Below are positions 1-9,665 of a DNA stretch of 64,000 bases, piece by piece. Under the pieces are notes generated by a model. It was not told the origin of the DNA. It saw only the letters and a program-made list of their open reading frames with translations, and made no database searches. The position numbers and the translations under genes were made by a program. Numbering within the stretch: the stretch's first letter is position 1; each line of letters opens with the position of its first letter. Origin of the DNA: Rhodothermales bacterium. Lineage in GTDB: Bacteria > Bacteroidota > Rhodothermia > Rhodothermales > VXPQ01. The DNA lies in contig JAJECT010000019.1 of NCBI GenBank assembly GCA_022821845.1, positions 65,814 to 129,813 on the forward strand, written 5' to 3'.

Positions 1-2074
1 CCCCGCACCCGTCCCATTCGAACGTGGACTGTTCCAGGCGCGTACGGAATACCCGGCGCCCCAGCATATCGAAAACCTCTGCTTCCGTGCCGGGAGGCAG
101 CGCAGGAATCCGCACGATATCGCTACAGGCGTAAAACGGATTGGGATACGGGGGAAGCGGATCTGCATTCGGGTCGGGCGTTTCGGGAGGCGCGACGGCG
201 GGCGGGCGCTCCCGAACCGGAATCCGGTTGCGATCCCGGTCGATCAGGGTGGCGTACCGGGGCGACTCCACCGGACCCGACAACGCAATCTCCAGCGCGC
301 CGGGCGCCAGCGCCTCCCCGTCCGCAACATACCCCACAATACGGACCTCGCCCCGCGCCGCGTCGTAGCCGCTCCCCAGCGTCACCCGGGGATTCTCGGA
401 GGCGGCCGCCGAGACGCCGGGCGACAAGGCAGGGGCAATAATCTGAAAACCCCGAATCGCGGCGTCGTACTCCAGCCGCAACGCATACCGGGCTTCGCCC
501 TGCTCGATCCGCTGCACATGCGCCACGGCGCCCCCCGCCTTTTCCGCAGACGCGGTTTCGGGCGGCAACAGGACGCCATCCGGCCACTGCCCCCGCATAA
601 CGGCTTGCGACAGGACGGTCAGGTCTCGTACGTCCAGCGTATCGTCTCCGGCGGGAAACGGAAAGAGGTCCGCGGCGGTCGCCTGCGCCGGCGTAGCCAT
701 GCGCCGCGCCAGCACAAAGTCGATGGCATGCACAATATCCATGACATCTACGGCGCCATCACCCTCGGCGTCGCCGCGACCGCCGCGCCCCTTTCCGGTT
801 ATCCATACTATCCTTGGGGAATGGTCCCCGTTATGCTCGAAGTACACCCGCGCTTCCTGCTGCCCGAAAACCGTCGGCGACGGCGTAAACAGCACATACA
901 CTTCCATGCTGTCGCCGGGCGCCACCATGCCCGAACGCGGACGTACGCTAAAAAGCGGATGCGCGCTCGCGATGTCCGTCACATGCAGGTCTGCCTGGTC
1001 GGCAGTGTTTCTCACGGGAACCCGTACGCTGTCCGCCTCGCCCACATGCACATTCCCCACATCGAAAATCGACGCGGGGACGCTGAATTCGGGCAGCGGG
1101 GGCCGCACCGTGAGCGCATATTCCGCGAGGCCGACGCCAAGACCCGCGTCCGCCCCGTCCGATACGGCCTGCGATCCCACTACGTTCGACAACACCAGCG
1201 TATCGTTTCGGGCAACCGATACCGGATCGGCGCGAAATTGCAACGTAACGAGCGGATCGTATTGCCCCGAAGGCAAGGAGGCGGCGCCCTGCCCCAGCAA
1301 CACCGCCTTCAGGGCCCCTTCCGACGTTTCGTATTGCAGCCTCCAGGACCCTTCGTCGGATACCGCGTCTCCCCGGGCGATATGCTGAAGCCGCACCGCG
1401 CCCATTTCCCAGCCTACCTCGAACTGAACGCCCGTTACGCCGGGAAGCGCCGTCAGGTTAAGGACAAGGGGCACATCGATTTCTTCGCCTCCGGATACGA
1501 GGCTTCCCCTTGTTTCGCTGAATTGCATGGCGCCGCGGACAACGCCCGCCGTAGCGTAGGAAGTCACCCGAATATCGTCGATGCGCAGATTGCCGGACGC
1601 GCTTGCCCCAAGCCCCTCGAAACGCAGCTGTACGACAGCCTGATCAAGCAGCGCGGGCGGCAGCGGAATCGTGACGTCCTGGTACCGGGACGCGACTTCG
1701 GGCGCCGCCGCGCCCGCCCCCAACACCACGACGGAGAACGTAGCCCCGCCGTCGGCGGACGCCGTAACGCGCAAATTGCCGCGGTCGTAGGCGCCGGTCC
1801 GGCGCACGGAATATTTCAGCAGGGCAAACCCGGCGCCGGTCAGGCTGAAGGCGGGCGTCGCGGCGTTGGCGACGCGGGCAGCGGCATGCTCCAGGTTATT
1901 CCCTCCGGAACCAGCAGAAGGCGTGGTCGCGCCGATAGCCCATCCCGCCTCCAGCGTCCAACCGTCCGGCGGGGATTCGGTAAAATCTTCTTCGAAAACG
2001 ACGGTCTGCGCATAGCCGACGGCTACGGGCAACAGCAACCAGAGCAAGGCGAACAAGGCAGGCGGAGCGGACAT
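1..2074 (-). CDS. Secreted multidomain protein (cohesin-like, Ig-like and dockerin-like modules) with a T9SS-type C-terminal sorting domain. The 3' end runs off the window start.
   Basis: Absent from the ORF track because the frame stays open to the window edge. My translation of the minus strand from ATG (cat at 2072-2074) gives MSAPPALFALLWLLLPVAVGYAQ (signal peptide). It continues with a cohesin-like stretch (LTALPGVTGVQFEVGWEMGAVRL), an Ig-like stretch (FDVGNVHVGEADSVRVPVRNT) and dockerin-like paired loops (GDAEGDGAVDVMDIVHAIDFVL ... DDTLDVRDLTVLSQAVM). The tail reads PYPNPFYACSD...EAEVFDMLGRRVFRT, typical of T9SS type-A sorting domains. The + ORF 518..2083 is its Arg-rich antisense shadow. 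Confidence 0.8.
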   Translation of the reverse strand, partial: MSAPPALFALLWLLLPVAVGYAQTVVFEEDFTESPPDGWTLEAGWAIGATTPSAGSGGNNLEHAAARVANAATPAFSLTGAGFALLKYSVRRTGAYDRGNLRVTASADGGATFSVVVLGAGAAAPEVASRYQDVTIPLPPALLDQAVVQLRFEGLGASASGNLRIDDIRVTSYATAGVVRGAMQFSETRGSLVSGGEEIDVPLVLNLTALPGVTGVQFEVGWEMGAVRLQHIARGDAVSDEGSWRLQYETSEGALKAVLLGQGAASLPSGQYDPLVTLQFRADPVSVARNDTLVLSNVVGSQAVSDGADAGLGVGLAEYALTVRPPLPEFSVPASIFDVGNVHVGEADSVRVPVRNTADQADLHVTDIASAHPLFSVRPRSGMVAPGDSMEVYVLFTPSPTVFGQQEARVYFEHNGDHSPRIVWITGKGRGGRGDAEGDGAVDVMDIVHAIDFVLARRMATPAQATAADLFPFPAGDDTLDVRDLTVLSQAVMRGQWPDGVLLPPETASAEKAGGAVAHVQRIEQGEARYALRLEYDAAIRGFQIIAPALSPGVSAAASENPRVTLGSGYDAARGEVRIVGYVADGEALAPGALEIALSGPVESPRYATLIDRDRNRIPVRERPPAVAPPETPDPNADPLPPYPNPFYACSDIVRIPALPPGTEAEVFDMLGRRVFRTRLEQSTFEWDGCG

Positions 2075-2264
2075 GGCGAATAGTCCAGTTATAGGGGTGG
2101 AACGAAGCATCCGGAACGGCCCGCACGGAACAAGCCGTTCAATTGCCCCCATAGACACGCAAACGCCGCAGATATAACCCCCTCCGCAAAATTTATTTTT
2201 GGACCGACGAGATCGCGCCCGCAAGGTTACAAGACGCAGACGGGAACAAGAGGGGTCCTGCGAG

Positions 2265-2347
2265 GCGCCTTTTCGCGAATACATAAGGGTGCGCAGGCCC
2301 ATGGGTTGGCATGCATATTCGGGGCCCGATGTTTCGCGAAAAGGCGC
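2265..2347. repeat. Perfect 15-bp inverted repeat (GCGCCTTTTCGCGAA / TTCGCGAAAAGGCGC) separated by 53 nt, in the 399-bp intergenic region
   Basis: Read directly: arms at 2265-2279 and 2333-2347 are exact reverse complements. Confidence 0.85.
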
Positions 2348-2473
2348 TTCACAGAACCCCAAAACCGCCCCGCCTTAATTATTTAACCTCGAAAATTTCG
2401 CGCCTTATTATTTTAACCGACCCGGAAAAAGGCGCCCCACAGGACCAATCCGCAAGCGCGAACAACAAGGGCT

Positions 2474-3883
2474 TCAAAAATCTCCGCCGCCCAGCAGCAT
2501 GACATGCTCCCGGTCCCCATCGATATCTTTTAGCGCGTTCCGCGTGTCCACAATGCAGCGAACATGTTCGGCGATCTCCGCATACGGAAAAGCGCTATGG
2601 TCCGTAACGATCACCGCCACGTCGAACGACCGAAGCGCCTCTGGAGAAAGCGAAACAGACGCCAGCGAAAGCCCGTCGGGCGTCTCGATCTCGGGAACGT
2701 GCGGGTCGCTATAGGCCAAATGCTGGACCCCGCGCCGCGTCAGCAATTCCATAATGCTGAGCGCCGGAGATTGCCTGGTGTCCGCAACATCCCGCTTGAA
2801 CGCCACGCCCAGCACAAGCACCCGCGCCTCGGACAAAGCCACCGGCAACCCCGCAATGGCCCGCATGACGGCCTCCGTCACGTAATGCGGCATCGTCTCG
2901 TTAATCCTTGCCGAAAGCGTAATGAACGCCGTCTCGAAATCGTACCGCCTCGCCATCCAGGACAGGTAATACGGGTCCACGGGAATGCAATGGCCGCCCA
3001 GTCCGGGGCCAGGCAAGAAAGGCATGAAGCCAAACGGCTTGGTGGCCGCCGCCTCCACCACTTCCCAAATAGAAATATCGCCCATTCGGTCGCATAACTG
3101 CGCCAACTCGTTCAGGAGCGCGATATTGACCGAACGAAAAATATTCTCCAGCAATTTTTCCATTTCCGCCACGCGAGGGGACGAAACGGGGTGCACCTGT
3201 TCGCATACCTGCTGCATGGCCAGCGTCGCCAGGCGCGTACAGGTTGGCGTAACGCCCCCGACCACCACCGGCGTGTTGGACGTAGTGAACGTTCGGTTGC
3301 CCGGATCGATGCGTTCGGGAGAAAAGGCCAGAAAATAATCCCGCCCCGCCGCAAAGCCCGGCGCGTCCGCCTGCCCCGACCGCTCCAGCAAGGGCTGCAC
3401 CAATTCCTGCGTGGTTCCAGGCCAGGTCGTGCTTTTCAGCACAATCAATTGGCCCTCGCGCACATGCTCCGCCAGCGCGTTCGCCGCCGCCTCGATATAT
3501 TTCGTTTCAGGATTTTTCGCCGTAGTAACCGGCGTAGGCACGCAGATAAAGACAATATCCGCTTCCCCGGCGCGCGCGAAATCGGCGCAGGCTTCCAGGA
3601 GGCCCTCCCGAACGACCCGGTGCAACACGTCCCCGGAAACCCCGTCCATCGAACGGTCCCCGGCGGCGACGCGGCGAACGCGCTCCGCATCGGGATCGAA
3701 ACCAATGGTCCGGAAGCCGCGTCCGGCGAACTCGACGGCAAGCGGAAGCCCTACGTACCCCAGCCCCGCCACGCCCACGACCGCTTGCCCGGAAGAAATT
3801 TTTTCCGCCAGGTTGCGCGCGGCGTCCGTAGCGAACGAAGCGTCGGGAGAAAATGCCTGCGGAGTTATCGCCTGATTATCCAT
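2474..3883 (-). CDS. Nucleotide-sugar dehydrogenase (UDP-GlcNAc 6-dehydrogenase WbpA/TviB-like or UDP-ManNAc dehydrogenase)
   Basis: ORF 2474..3961. The likely start is the internal MDNQ (cat at 3881-3883). Rossmann motif VVGVAGLGYVGLPLAVEFA, family-typical FICVPTP...KNPETKYIE and GGHCIPVDPYYL. Confidence 0.85.
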   Translation of the reverse strand: MDNQAITPQAFSPDASFATDAARNLAEKISSGQAVVGVAGLGYVGLPLAVEFAGRGFRTIGFDPDAERVRRVAAGDRSMDGVSGDVLHRVVREGLLEACADFARAGEADIVFICVPTPVTTAKNPETKYIEAAANALAEHVREGQLIVLKSTTWPGTTQELVQPLLERSGQADAPGFAAGRDYFLAFSPERIDPGNRTFTTSNTPVVVGGVTPTCTRLATLAMQQVCEQVHPVSSPRVAEMEKLLENIFRSVNIALLNELAQLCDRMGDISIWEVVEAAATKPFGFMPFLPGPGLGGHCIPVDPYYLSWMARRYDFETAFITLSARINETMPHYVTEAVMRAIAGLPVALSEARVLVLGVAFKRDVADTRQSPALSIMELLTRRGVQHLAYSDPHVPEIETPDGLSLASVSLSPEALRSFDVAVIVTDHSAFPYAEIAEHVRCIVDTRNALKDIDGDREHVMLLGGGDF

Positions 3884-3964
3884 ATCGAAATATAGCCCGT
3901 AATTATTATGCCGCGAAGTCAGGAAAAAACGCTGATAGGCTGTATGCGCATCTCGTTGCAAAAG

Positions 3965-4942
3965 CTAATCCAGCCGAATGGTCCGGGCCCAGTCGCGATG
4001 CTCCATATACCATGCGGCCAAACGCCGCGCCCCTTCCGCAAAATCAATCTGCGGCGACCATCCGAGCAGGGCCTTCGCCTTGGAAATATTCGCCCAGGTG
4101 CCGGGCACGTCCGCCTTGTGCCGATCCGCGAAAACAAGCCGGGCTTTCTTGCCCAGCAGTTCTTCGAACGTACGGATCGCGTCCAGCAACACGACCGGAC
4201 GATCAGAACCCAGATTGAACACGTCGCATCCGCGCAAGGCCAGCGCCCGCGCCGTGCCGCGGGCAATATCGTCGATGTACGTAAAATCCCTCGACTGGCT
4301 GCCGTCGCCGTACACGGTCAGCGGCTGTTCTTCTGCAATCCAGCGCGCGAAACGCAGGAGCGACATGTCCGGTCGGCCCGCAGGCCCGTACACCGTAAAA
4401 TACCGCAAGATCGCAATGTCCATCCCGTGCAGGCAATGGTAACTGCGGCACAGCACCTCCGCAGCCTTCTTCGAAGCGGCGTAGGGGGACAACACCCGAT
4501 CCGTCTCCTGATTTTCGCGGCAAGGCTCCGTAATCCCCTCGCCATACACGGCGGACGTAGAAACCTGCACGAATTTTCCGACCCCGAATTTCCGGCAACA
4601 TTCCAGCACAGTCAGCGCGCCCTCGACATTCGCTCGTATGTACGCATGGGGGTCCGCGACGGACGGCCGAACGCCTGCGCGAGCCGCCAGGTTAATCGCC
4701 GCGTCGAAGGACGCCCCCTCGAACGCCTGCTCCCGCAACGCATCCCGGTCGCATATGTCCAGCCGCCGGAAAACAAATCCGGGCGTCTCCTGCAAACGCT
4801 TTAGCCGCCAGTGTTTCAAACGGACGTCGTACGCCTCGTTGAGGTTATCGACCCCGACCACCGAATGCCCATCGGCAAGCAACAACTCCGCCACCTTCGA
4901 TCCAATGAACCCGGCGGCGCCGGTTACGAGATAATGGCCCAT
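3965..4942 (-). CDS. NAD-dependent nucleotide-sugar epimerase (UDP-glucuronate / UDP-GlcNAcA 4-epimerase-like, SDR family)
   Basis: MGHYLVTGAAGFIGSKVAELLLADGHSVVGVDNLNEAYDVRLKHWRL and the SDR catalytic YAASKKAAE motif. It sits directly downstream of the dehydrogenase, a TviB/TviC-like pairing. Confidence 0.85.
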   Translation of the reverse strand: MGHYLVTGAAGFIGSKVAELLLADGHSVVGVDNLNEAYDVRLKHWRLKRLQETPGFVFRRLDICDRDALREQAFEGASFDAAINLAARAGVRPSVADPHAYIRANVEGALTVLECCRKFGVGKFVQVSTSAVYGEGITEPCRENQETDRVLSPYAASKKAAEVLCRSYHCLHGMDIAILRYFTVYGPAGRPDMSLLRFARWIAEEQPLTVYGDGSQSRDFTYIDDIARGTARALALRGCDVFNLGSDRPVVLLDAIRTFEELLGKKARLVFADRHKADVPGTWANISKAKALLGWSPQIDFAEGARRLAAWYMEHRDWARTIRLD

Positions 4943-4982
4943 GATTCAATGCATGAAAATCCAGTTGCCGAAACCCGCGCCC

Positions 4983-6047
4983 TTATGCGTTCTGCGCCGC
5001 GCCGCGCTCCTCTTCCTGGCGCGCCAGCGCAAGGTCGTGCTCCATCATCTCCTCGATCATTTCCCGCACCGAGTACCGCGGAGTCCACCCCAGCTTTTCG
5101 TTCGCCTTCGAGGCGTCCCCTTGCAGCAAATGCACTTCGGCGGGACGGAAAAAACGCGGATCGACTTCCACGAGCAAATCCCCCGTCTTGCGGTCGTATC
5201 CTTTTTCCTCAAGCCCTTCTCCTTCCCAGCGCAGGTCCGCGCCCGTATAGCCAAAAGCCATATCGCACACTTGCCGCACGGTATGGGTCTTGCCCGTGGC
5301 CACGACGAAATCTTCCGGCTCGTCCTGCTGAAGAATGCGCCATATGGCGTCCACGTAATCCCTGGCGTGCCCCCAATCCCGCCGCGCATCCAGGTTGCCC
5401 AGATACAACCGCTTCTCGACGCCAAGCGCAATGCGCGCCGCCGCGCGCGTAACCTTTCGCGTAACGAACATGCCGCCGCGACGCGGGCTTTCGTGGTTAA
5501 ACAACACGCCGTTGCACGCATACATCCCGTACGCCTCCCGGTAATTCACGGTGATCCAGTAGGCGTACAACTTGGATACCCCGTACGGACTGCGCGGATA
5601 AAACGGGGTGCGCTCGCTTTGCGGCACTTCGGCGACCTTGCCGAACAATTCAGAAGTAGACGCCTGATAGAACCGGACGCGTTCGGCCATGCCAAGCAAG
5701 CGAATCGCTTCGAGCAAGCGCAACGTGCCCAGCGCATCCACGTCCGTGGTGTATTCCGGGGTTTCGAAACTGACCTGCACATGGCTTTGGGCGGCCAGGT
5801 TATACACCTCGTCCGGCTGCACCACGCGCAGCACATGGGTCAGGCGCGTCGAATCCGCCATATCGCCATAGTGCAAAACCACCCCGCCGGACGATCCGAT
5901 CAAGTGGTCGATCCGCTGCGTATTGGGACGGCTCAAACGACGATGCAGGCCATGCACCTCGTATCCTTTTTCAAGAAGCAATTCGGCCAGGTACGATCCG
6001 TCCTGCCCGGTAATACCCGTGATGAGCGCTTTTTTTGCGGTAGACAT
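4983..6047 (-). CDS. gmd: GDP-mannose 4,6-dehydratase
   Basis: [33 protein letters not shown]..., ...[37 protein letters not shown]. The likely start is MSTAKK (cat at 6045-6047). Confidence 0.95.
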   Translation of the reverse strand: MSTAKKALITGITGQDGSYLAELLLEKGYEVHGLHRRLSRPNTQRIDHLIGSSGGVVLHYGDMADSTRLTHVLRVVQPDEVYNLAAQSHVQVSFETPEYTTDVDALGTLRLLEAIRLLGMAERVRFYQASTSELFGKVAEVPQSERTPFYPRSPYGVSKLYAYWITVNYREAYGMYACNGVLFNHESPRRGGMFVTRKVTRAAARIALGVEKRLYLGNLDARRDWGHARDYVDAIWRILQQDEPEDFVVATGKTHTVRQVCDMAFGYTGADLRWEGEGLEEKGYDRKTGDLLVEVDPRFFRPAEVHLLQGDASKANEKLGWTPRYSVREMIEEMMEHDLALARQEEERGAAQNA

Positions 6048-6108
6048 TGCGTGTTTTTCGACTACTGGTAATAGAAAGCGGGCCAAAGCCCCTGGTTACG
6101 AAAACAGG

Positions 6109-7503
6109 TTACGAAGCGGGTTGCGGGACCCTGTCGCGCACCGGAATGCGCGGCCTCCCGACGCTGAAATAATCGAATCCGATTTCGGCCATCCGTTTCG
6201 GGTCGTACACGTTGCGCCCGTCGAAAATAACCGGACGCTTCATGTATTGCTTCATTCGTTCGAAATCGGGCCGGCGGAACTCGTGCCATTCCGTGCATAC
6301 GACCAGCGCGTCGGCGTCGCGAAGCGCCTCGTACATATCCCGCGCATACCCGATGCGGTCGCCAAGGGTTTGCCGCATCGCGTCGATCGCTTCCGGATCG
6401 AAGGCCCGCACCTGCGCGCCGTCCGCAAGCAAACGCTGAATCACCACATGGGACGGGGCCTCGCGCACGTCGTCGGTATTCGGCTTGAACGAAAGCCCCC
6501 AGACCGCAATGGTCCGGCCCGCCAGTGGCTGCCCGGAGGCGAGCAGCGCCGGATCGTCTTGCGTAAAATACGCCCGCGCGCGGTCCGCCGGAATGCTGCG
6601 CTGCCGCTCGTTCACCTCGGCTACGGCAGACAAAATCCGAAAGTCGTACGCATATTCTTCCGCCGTATGCTTGAGCGCATGAATATCCTTGGGAAAACAG
6701 CTTCCCCCAAACCCGACGCCGGCGTACAAAAAGTGCTTCCCGATGCGGTGATCCGTTCCAATTCCCGTGCGAATATGGTCCACGTTGGCGCCCACCCGCT
6801 CGCACAAGTTTGCGATCTCGTTCATAAAGGTGATTTTGGTCGCCAGAAAGGCGTTCGCGGCGTACTTCGTGAGTTCCGCCGAACGTTCGTCCATCACCAT
6901 AATGGGATTGCCCTGCCGCACGAAGGGTTCGTAAATCAGCACCATCGTTTCGGCGGCTTTGGCGGACGACGTCCCGATCACCACGCGATCCGGCTTCATA
7001 AAATCCTCCACCGCCGCGCCTTCGCGCAAAAATTCCGGGTTCGACACCACGTCGAAATCCGTGCCCGGAACCAGCCCGCCCGCCATCAGGGTCTCGCGTA
7101 CGCGATCCGCCGTGCCCACCGGCACCGTGCTTTTCGTAACCAGAATCTTGTAGGCGGGCGACGGAGCGTCGCGAAGCAACGCAGCGATCTCGTCGGCCAC
7201 GCCAAGCACATAGGAAAGGTCCGCGGAGCCGTCTTCGCGCGGCGGCGTCGGGAGCGCCAGAAAGATCACGTTGCATCCCAGCGCCGCTTCCTTCAGGTCC
7301 AGCGTAAAACGAAGGCGCCCCTCGCGGATATTCCGTTCGAAAAAGATTTCCAGGCCGGGTTCGAAGATCGGAACGCGCCCTGCGCGCAGCTGGGCCACCT
7401 TTTCCGCATCGACGTCGACGCACACGACGTCGTTGCCCATCTCCGCGAAGCAGGTGCCCGTCACCAGACCCACGTACCCTGTGCCGATTACGCCAAGTTT
7501 CAC
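6109..7503 (-). CDS. ugd: UDP-glucose 6-dehydrogenase
   Basis: GTG start. (M)KLGVIGTGYVGLVTGTCFAEMGNDVVCVDVDAEKVAQLRAGRVPIFEPGLE and GFGGSCFPKD. Confidence 0.93.
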   Translation of the reverse strand: MKLGVIGTGYVGLVTGTCFAEMGNDVVCVDVDAEKVAQLRAGRVPIFEPGLEIFFERNIREGRLRFTLDLKEAALGCNVIFLALPTPPREDGSADLSYVLGVADEIAALLRDAPSPAYKILVTKSTVPVGTADRVRETLMAGGLVPGTDFDVVSNPEFLREGAAVEDFMKPDRVVIGTSSAKAAETMVLIYEPFVRQGNPIMVMDERSAELTKYAANAFLATKITFMNEIANLCERVGANVDHIRTGIGTDHRIGKHFLYAGVGFGGSCFPKDIHALKHTAEEYAYDFRILSAVAEVNERQRSIPADRARAYFTQDDPALLASGQPLAGRTIAVWGLSFKPNTDDVREAPSHVVIQRLLADGAQVRAFDPEAIDAMRQTLGDRIGYARDMYEALRDADALVVCTEWHEFRRPDFERMKQYMKRPVIFDGRNVYDPKRMAEIGFDYFSVGRPRIPVRDRVPQPAS

Positions 7504-7545
7504 AATGCTTACCGCGTATTGGTTTTATAACCGTCGTATGATTTT

Positions 7546-7804
7546 AAGGATACTCTGATTAAATCCGCGAAGCTCAGAGGCATGCGAGGGGTGCGCTGGC
7601 AAGGAATGACGAAGCAATGTGGCAGGCCCCACATAATGAGGAATGACACAGCCAGCGTGCCCCTCGCAGCCTCCCGAAGGGCGCGTCACGTCCCCAACGA
7701 CCCGAATCTACGGTTTTTTCTGCTGATTTCATCGATACAAGCATGACGGTCTTTGCGGGCAATAGGGACGCGCTGAGCGAAGCGGCTTTGATCAGAGTAT
7801 CCTT
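7546..7804. repeat. 259-bp intergenic element bounded by a perfect 14-bp terminal inverted repeat (AAGGATACTCTGAT / ATCAGAGTATCCTT), with an internal 17-bp stem
   Basis: Arms at 7546-7559 and 7791-7804 read directly. Internal stem: 7584-7600 GCGAGGGGTGCGCTGGC pairs with 7651-7667 GCCAGCGTGCCCCTCGC. Its two non-Watson-Crick positions are G-U wobbles only in a plus-strand RNA. A nested GTGG/CCAC hairpin and a T6 run at about 7706-7711 are also present. The right arm overlaps the stop codon of the wbpB-like gene. Confidence 0.6.
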
Positions 7805-8772
7805 TATGTCCGCTGCCGCGAAACCGCGGATTTGAAACCGAGCGACATCGGGTGCGCGTCGCCCATCGGCCGTACCGGATCGACCAGCCGCATCTTGTGC
7901 ACCAGTTCGATGGCGGGCCGAATGTCCGCAATCCGAAAACCGTGTCCGAAAAGCGTCTCCTCGTACACCCGCGTATGCAAATCGTCGAACCGGTTGGAAA
8001 ACTCGACTTCGTCGCCATTCACCTGAATGGACCGATACGTTCGTTGCCCGTCCTCGACCTCTTCCGGCATATCGCGCTCGTCTATCGACAAGAACCATTG
8101 CACGTCCGCGCGTTTCAGCGCCAGCAGGCCGCCGGCCCGCTTCGGTTCCATCACATGAATGCGATGCCCTTCGACGCCGCCGAACAGCCACAAAAGCACA
8201 TCGAAAAAATGAATCCCGATATTCATGGCAATCCCGCCGGACTTTTCGGTATCCCCTTTCCAGGAATAACCATACCAGACGCCGCGCGAAGTCACATACG
8301 TCAAACGGACGCTGTAGCGTCGATCCGGATCCTCTTGCAACCGCGCGCGCAAGGACAAAATATCCGGGTGCATACGCAATTGCAGTACGGTATACACCGC
8401 GCCGGGGTGTTCTTCTTCCAATTGCTGCAAATAGTCCAGGTTGCCCGGTTTCAGCACCAGCGGCTTTTCGCAGATCGCGTTGGCGCCCAGGCGCAGCGCC
8501 AGGCGAATATGCGCGTCGTGCAGATGATTCGGCGAGCAGACGGAAAGGTAATGCAGTTGGCGGGGAGACCGTTGCCGCCGAAGTTTTTCGAGGTGGCGAT
8601 CGAATCGCTCTATCTCGGTGAAAAACGCGGCGGACGGAAAATATCGATCCAGAATGCCCACGGAATCGTGCGGATCGACGGCGGCCAGCAACTGATTGCC
8701 CGTATCCTTTATGGCTTGCAAATGCCGGGGAGCGATATAGCCGGCTACGCCGGTGATGGCAAAGTTTCGCAT
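7804..8772 (-). CDS. wbpB: Gfo/Idh/MocA oxidoreductase, WbpB-like (UDP-N-acetyl-2-amino-2-deoxy-D-glucuronate dehydrogenase)
   Basis: Internal start MRNFAITGVAGYIAPRHLQAIKDTGNQLLAAVDPHDSVGILD (cat at 8770-8772). The protein reads co-linear with my recollection of P. aeruginosa WbpB: CSPNHLH, ICEKPLV, LTYVTSRGVWY..SWKGD, TYRSIQVNGDEVEFS. The upstream part of track ORF 7804..9216 is Arg-rich read-through. Confidence 0.85.
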   Translation of the reverse strand: MRNFAITGVAGYIAPRHLQAIKDTGNQLLAAVDPHDSVGILDRYFPSAAFFTEIERFDRHLEKLRRQRSPRQLHYLSVCSPNHLHDAHIRLALRLGANAICEKPLVLKPGNLDYLQQLEEEHPGAVYTVLQLRMHPDILSLRARLQEDPDRRYSVRLTYVTSRGVWYGYSWKGDTEKSGGIAMNIGIHFFDVLLWLFGGVEGHRIHVMEPKRAGGLLALKRADVQWFLSIDERDMPEEVEDGQRTYRSIQVNGDEVEFSNRFDDLHTRVYEETLFGHGFRIADIRPAIELVHKMRLVDPVRPMGDAHPMSLGFKSAVSRQRT

Positions 8773-8810
8773 AAAAAACACGGAAGCCTGTAAAAGCGGA
8801 TTGCGCGCAT

Positions 8811-9665
8811 TCAGGAATCGCACCCGTATACGCGCACGTAATCTACCTGCATGCGCTGAGGCCAAATGTCGGGATCGACGCCCCGTTGTCCGCCCCAGGA
8901 CCCGCCCACTGCAATGTTGAAAATCAAATGGAACGGGTGGTCGAAAGGCCACTGGCTTTCGTCCGCCTCCGGGTTCGTCAACCGCTCGTTCCTGAACGTA
9001 AAATACTGCGTTTCGTTGACATAGCCGCGTATCTCCGACGGCGTCCATTCCACCGCGTACACATTGAACTCCGAACGCGCCGAGGGCACCGCGATGGAAG
9101 CGCCTCGTTGCGTGCCTTTCGTATGATTGTACGCATCCGTATGCACGGTAGAATGCACCTGGTCCGGATCGAACCCGACGTGCTCCATAATGTCGATCTC
9201 GCCCGCCCGGGGCCATCCTCCGTACTGGTCCAGGTCGGGAAGCATCCAGATGGCGGGCCAGGTGCCCCTGCCGGACGGCAAAATGGCGCGCGCCTCAAAC
9301 CGCCCGTAGGTCCACTCCTGTCTGGAAAGCAGCCGGGTGGACGTGTAGTCGCGGCCTTGCCAGGGTTCGCGGTGCGCCTCGATGATCAACCGCCCGTCTT
9401 CGACGCGAACGTTCTTCGCCCGGGCTACGGTGTAAAACTGCAATTCCTGGTTGCCCCACCCATGGCCTCCCGTGTCGTAGCGCCATCTTGAAGCGTTGGG
9501 CGGGCCGTCCTCGTCGAATTCGTCGCTCCACGCCAGATCATCGCCCGGTTCGCAAACGAGCAAGTCGGGCGCAGGATCCGGCTCCTCCTCCGACATGGCG
9601 CAGGCGGCAACAACGCACGCCAGGGCCGGCAACCACAAATATCGCATGGACCAGGTACGGATCAT
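8811..9665 (-). CDS. Glycoside hydrolase family 16 (laminarinase / beta-1,3(4)-glucanase-like) lipoprotein
   Basis: Start MIRTWSMRYLWLPALACVVAAC (lipobox VAAC), cat at 9663-9665. GH16 catalytic block GEIDIMEH, plus WPAIWMLP, FNVYAVEW and FHLIFNIAVGG. The start overlaps the fcl stop by 4 nt (ATGA). Confidence 0.9.
   Translation of the reverse strand: MIRTWSMRYLWLPALACVVAACAMSEEEPDPAPDLLVCEPGDDLAWSDEFDEDGPPNASRWRYDTGGHGWGNQELQFYTVARAKNVRVEDGRLIIEAHREPWQGRDYTSTRLLSRQEWTYGRFEARAILPSGRGTWPAIWMLPDLDQYGGWPRAGEIDIMEHVGFDPDQVHSTVHTDAYNHTKGTQRGASIAVPSARSEFNVYAVEWTPSEIRGYVNETQYFTFRNERLTNPEADESQWPFDHPFHLIFNIAVGGSWGGQRGVDPDIWPQRMQVDYVRVYGCDS

Noticed and set aside
518-2083. 521-aa plus-strand ORF (also 699..1388 +) covering the first 2 kb
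   Set aside because: It is Arg/Gly/His-rich with no recognisable motifs. The opposite strand encodes a coherent secreted protein with a signal peptide and recognisable domains, so this is an antisense shadow typical of high-GC DNA.
7574-8191. ORFs 7574..8191 (-) and 7686..8018 (-) spanning the inverted-repeat element
   Set aside because: They run across the intergenic element into the wbpB-like gene in the wrong frame, with no coding signature.
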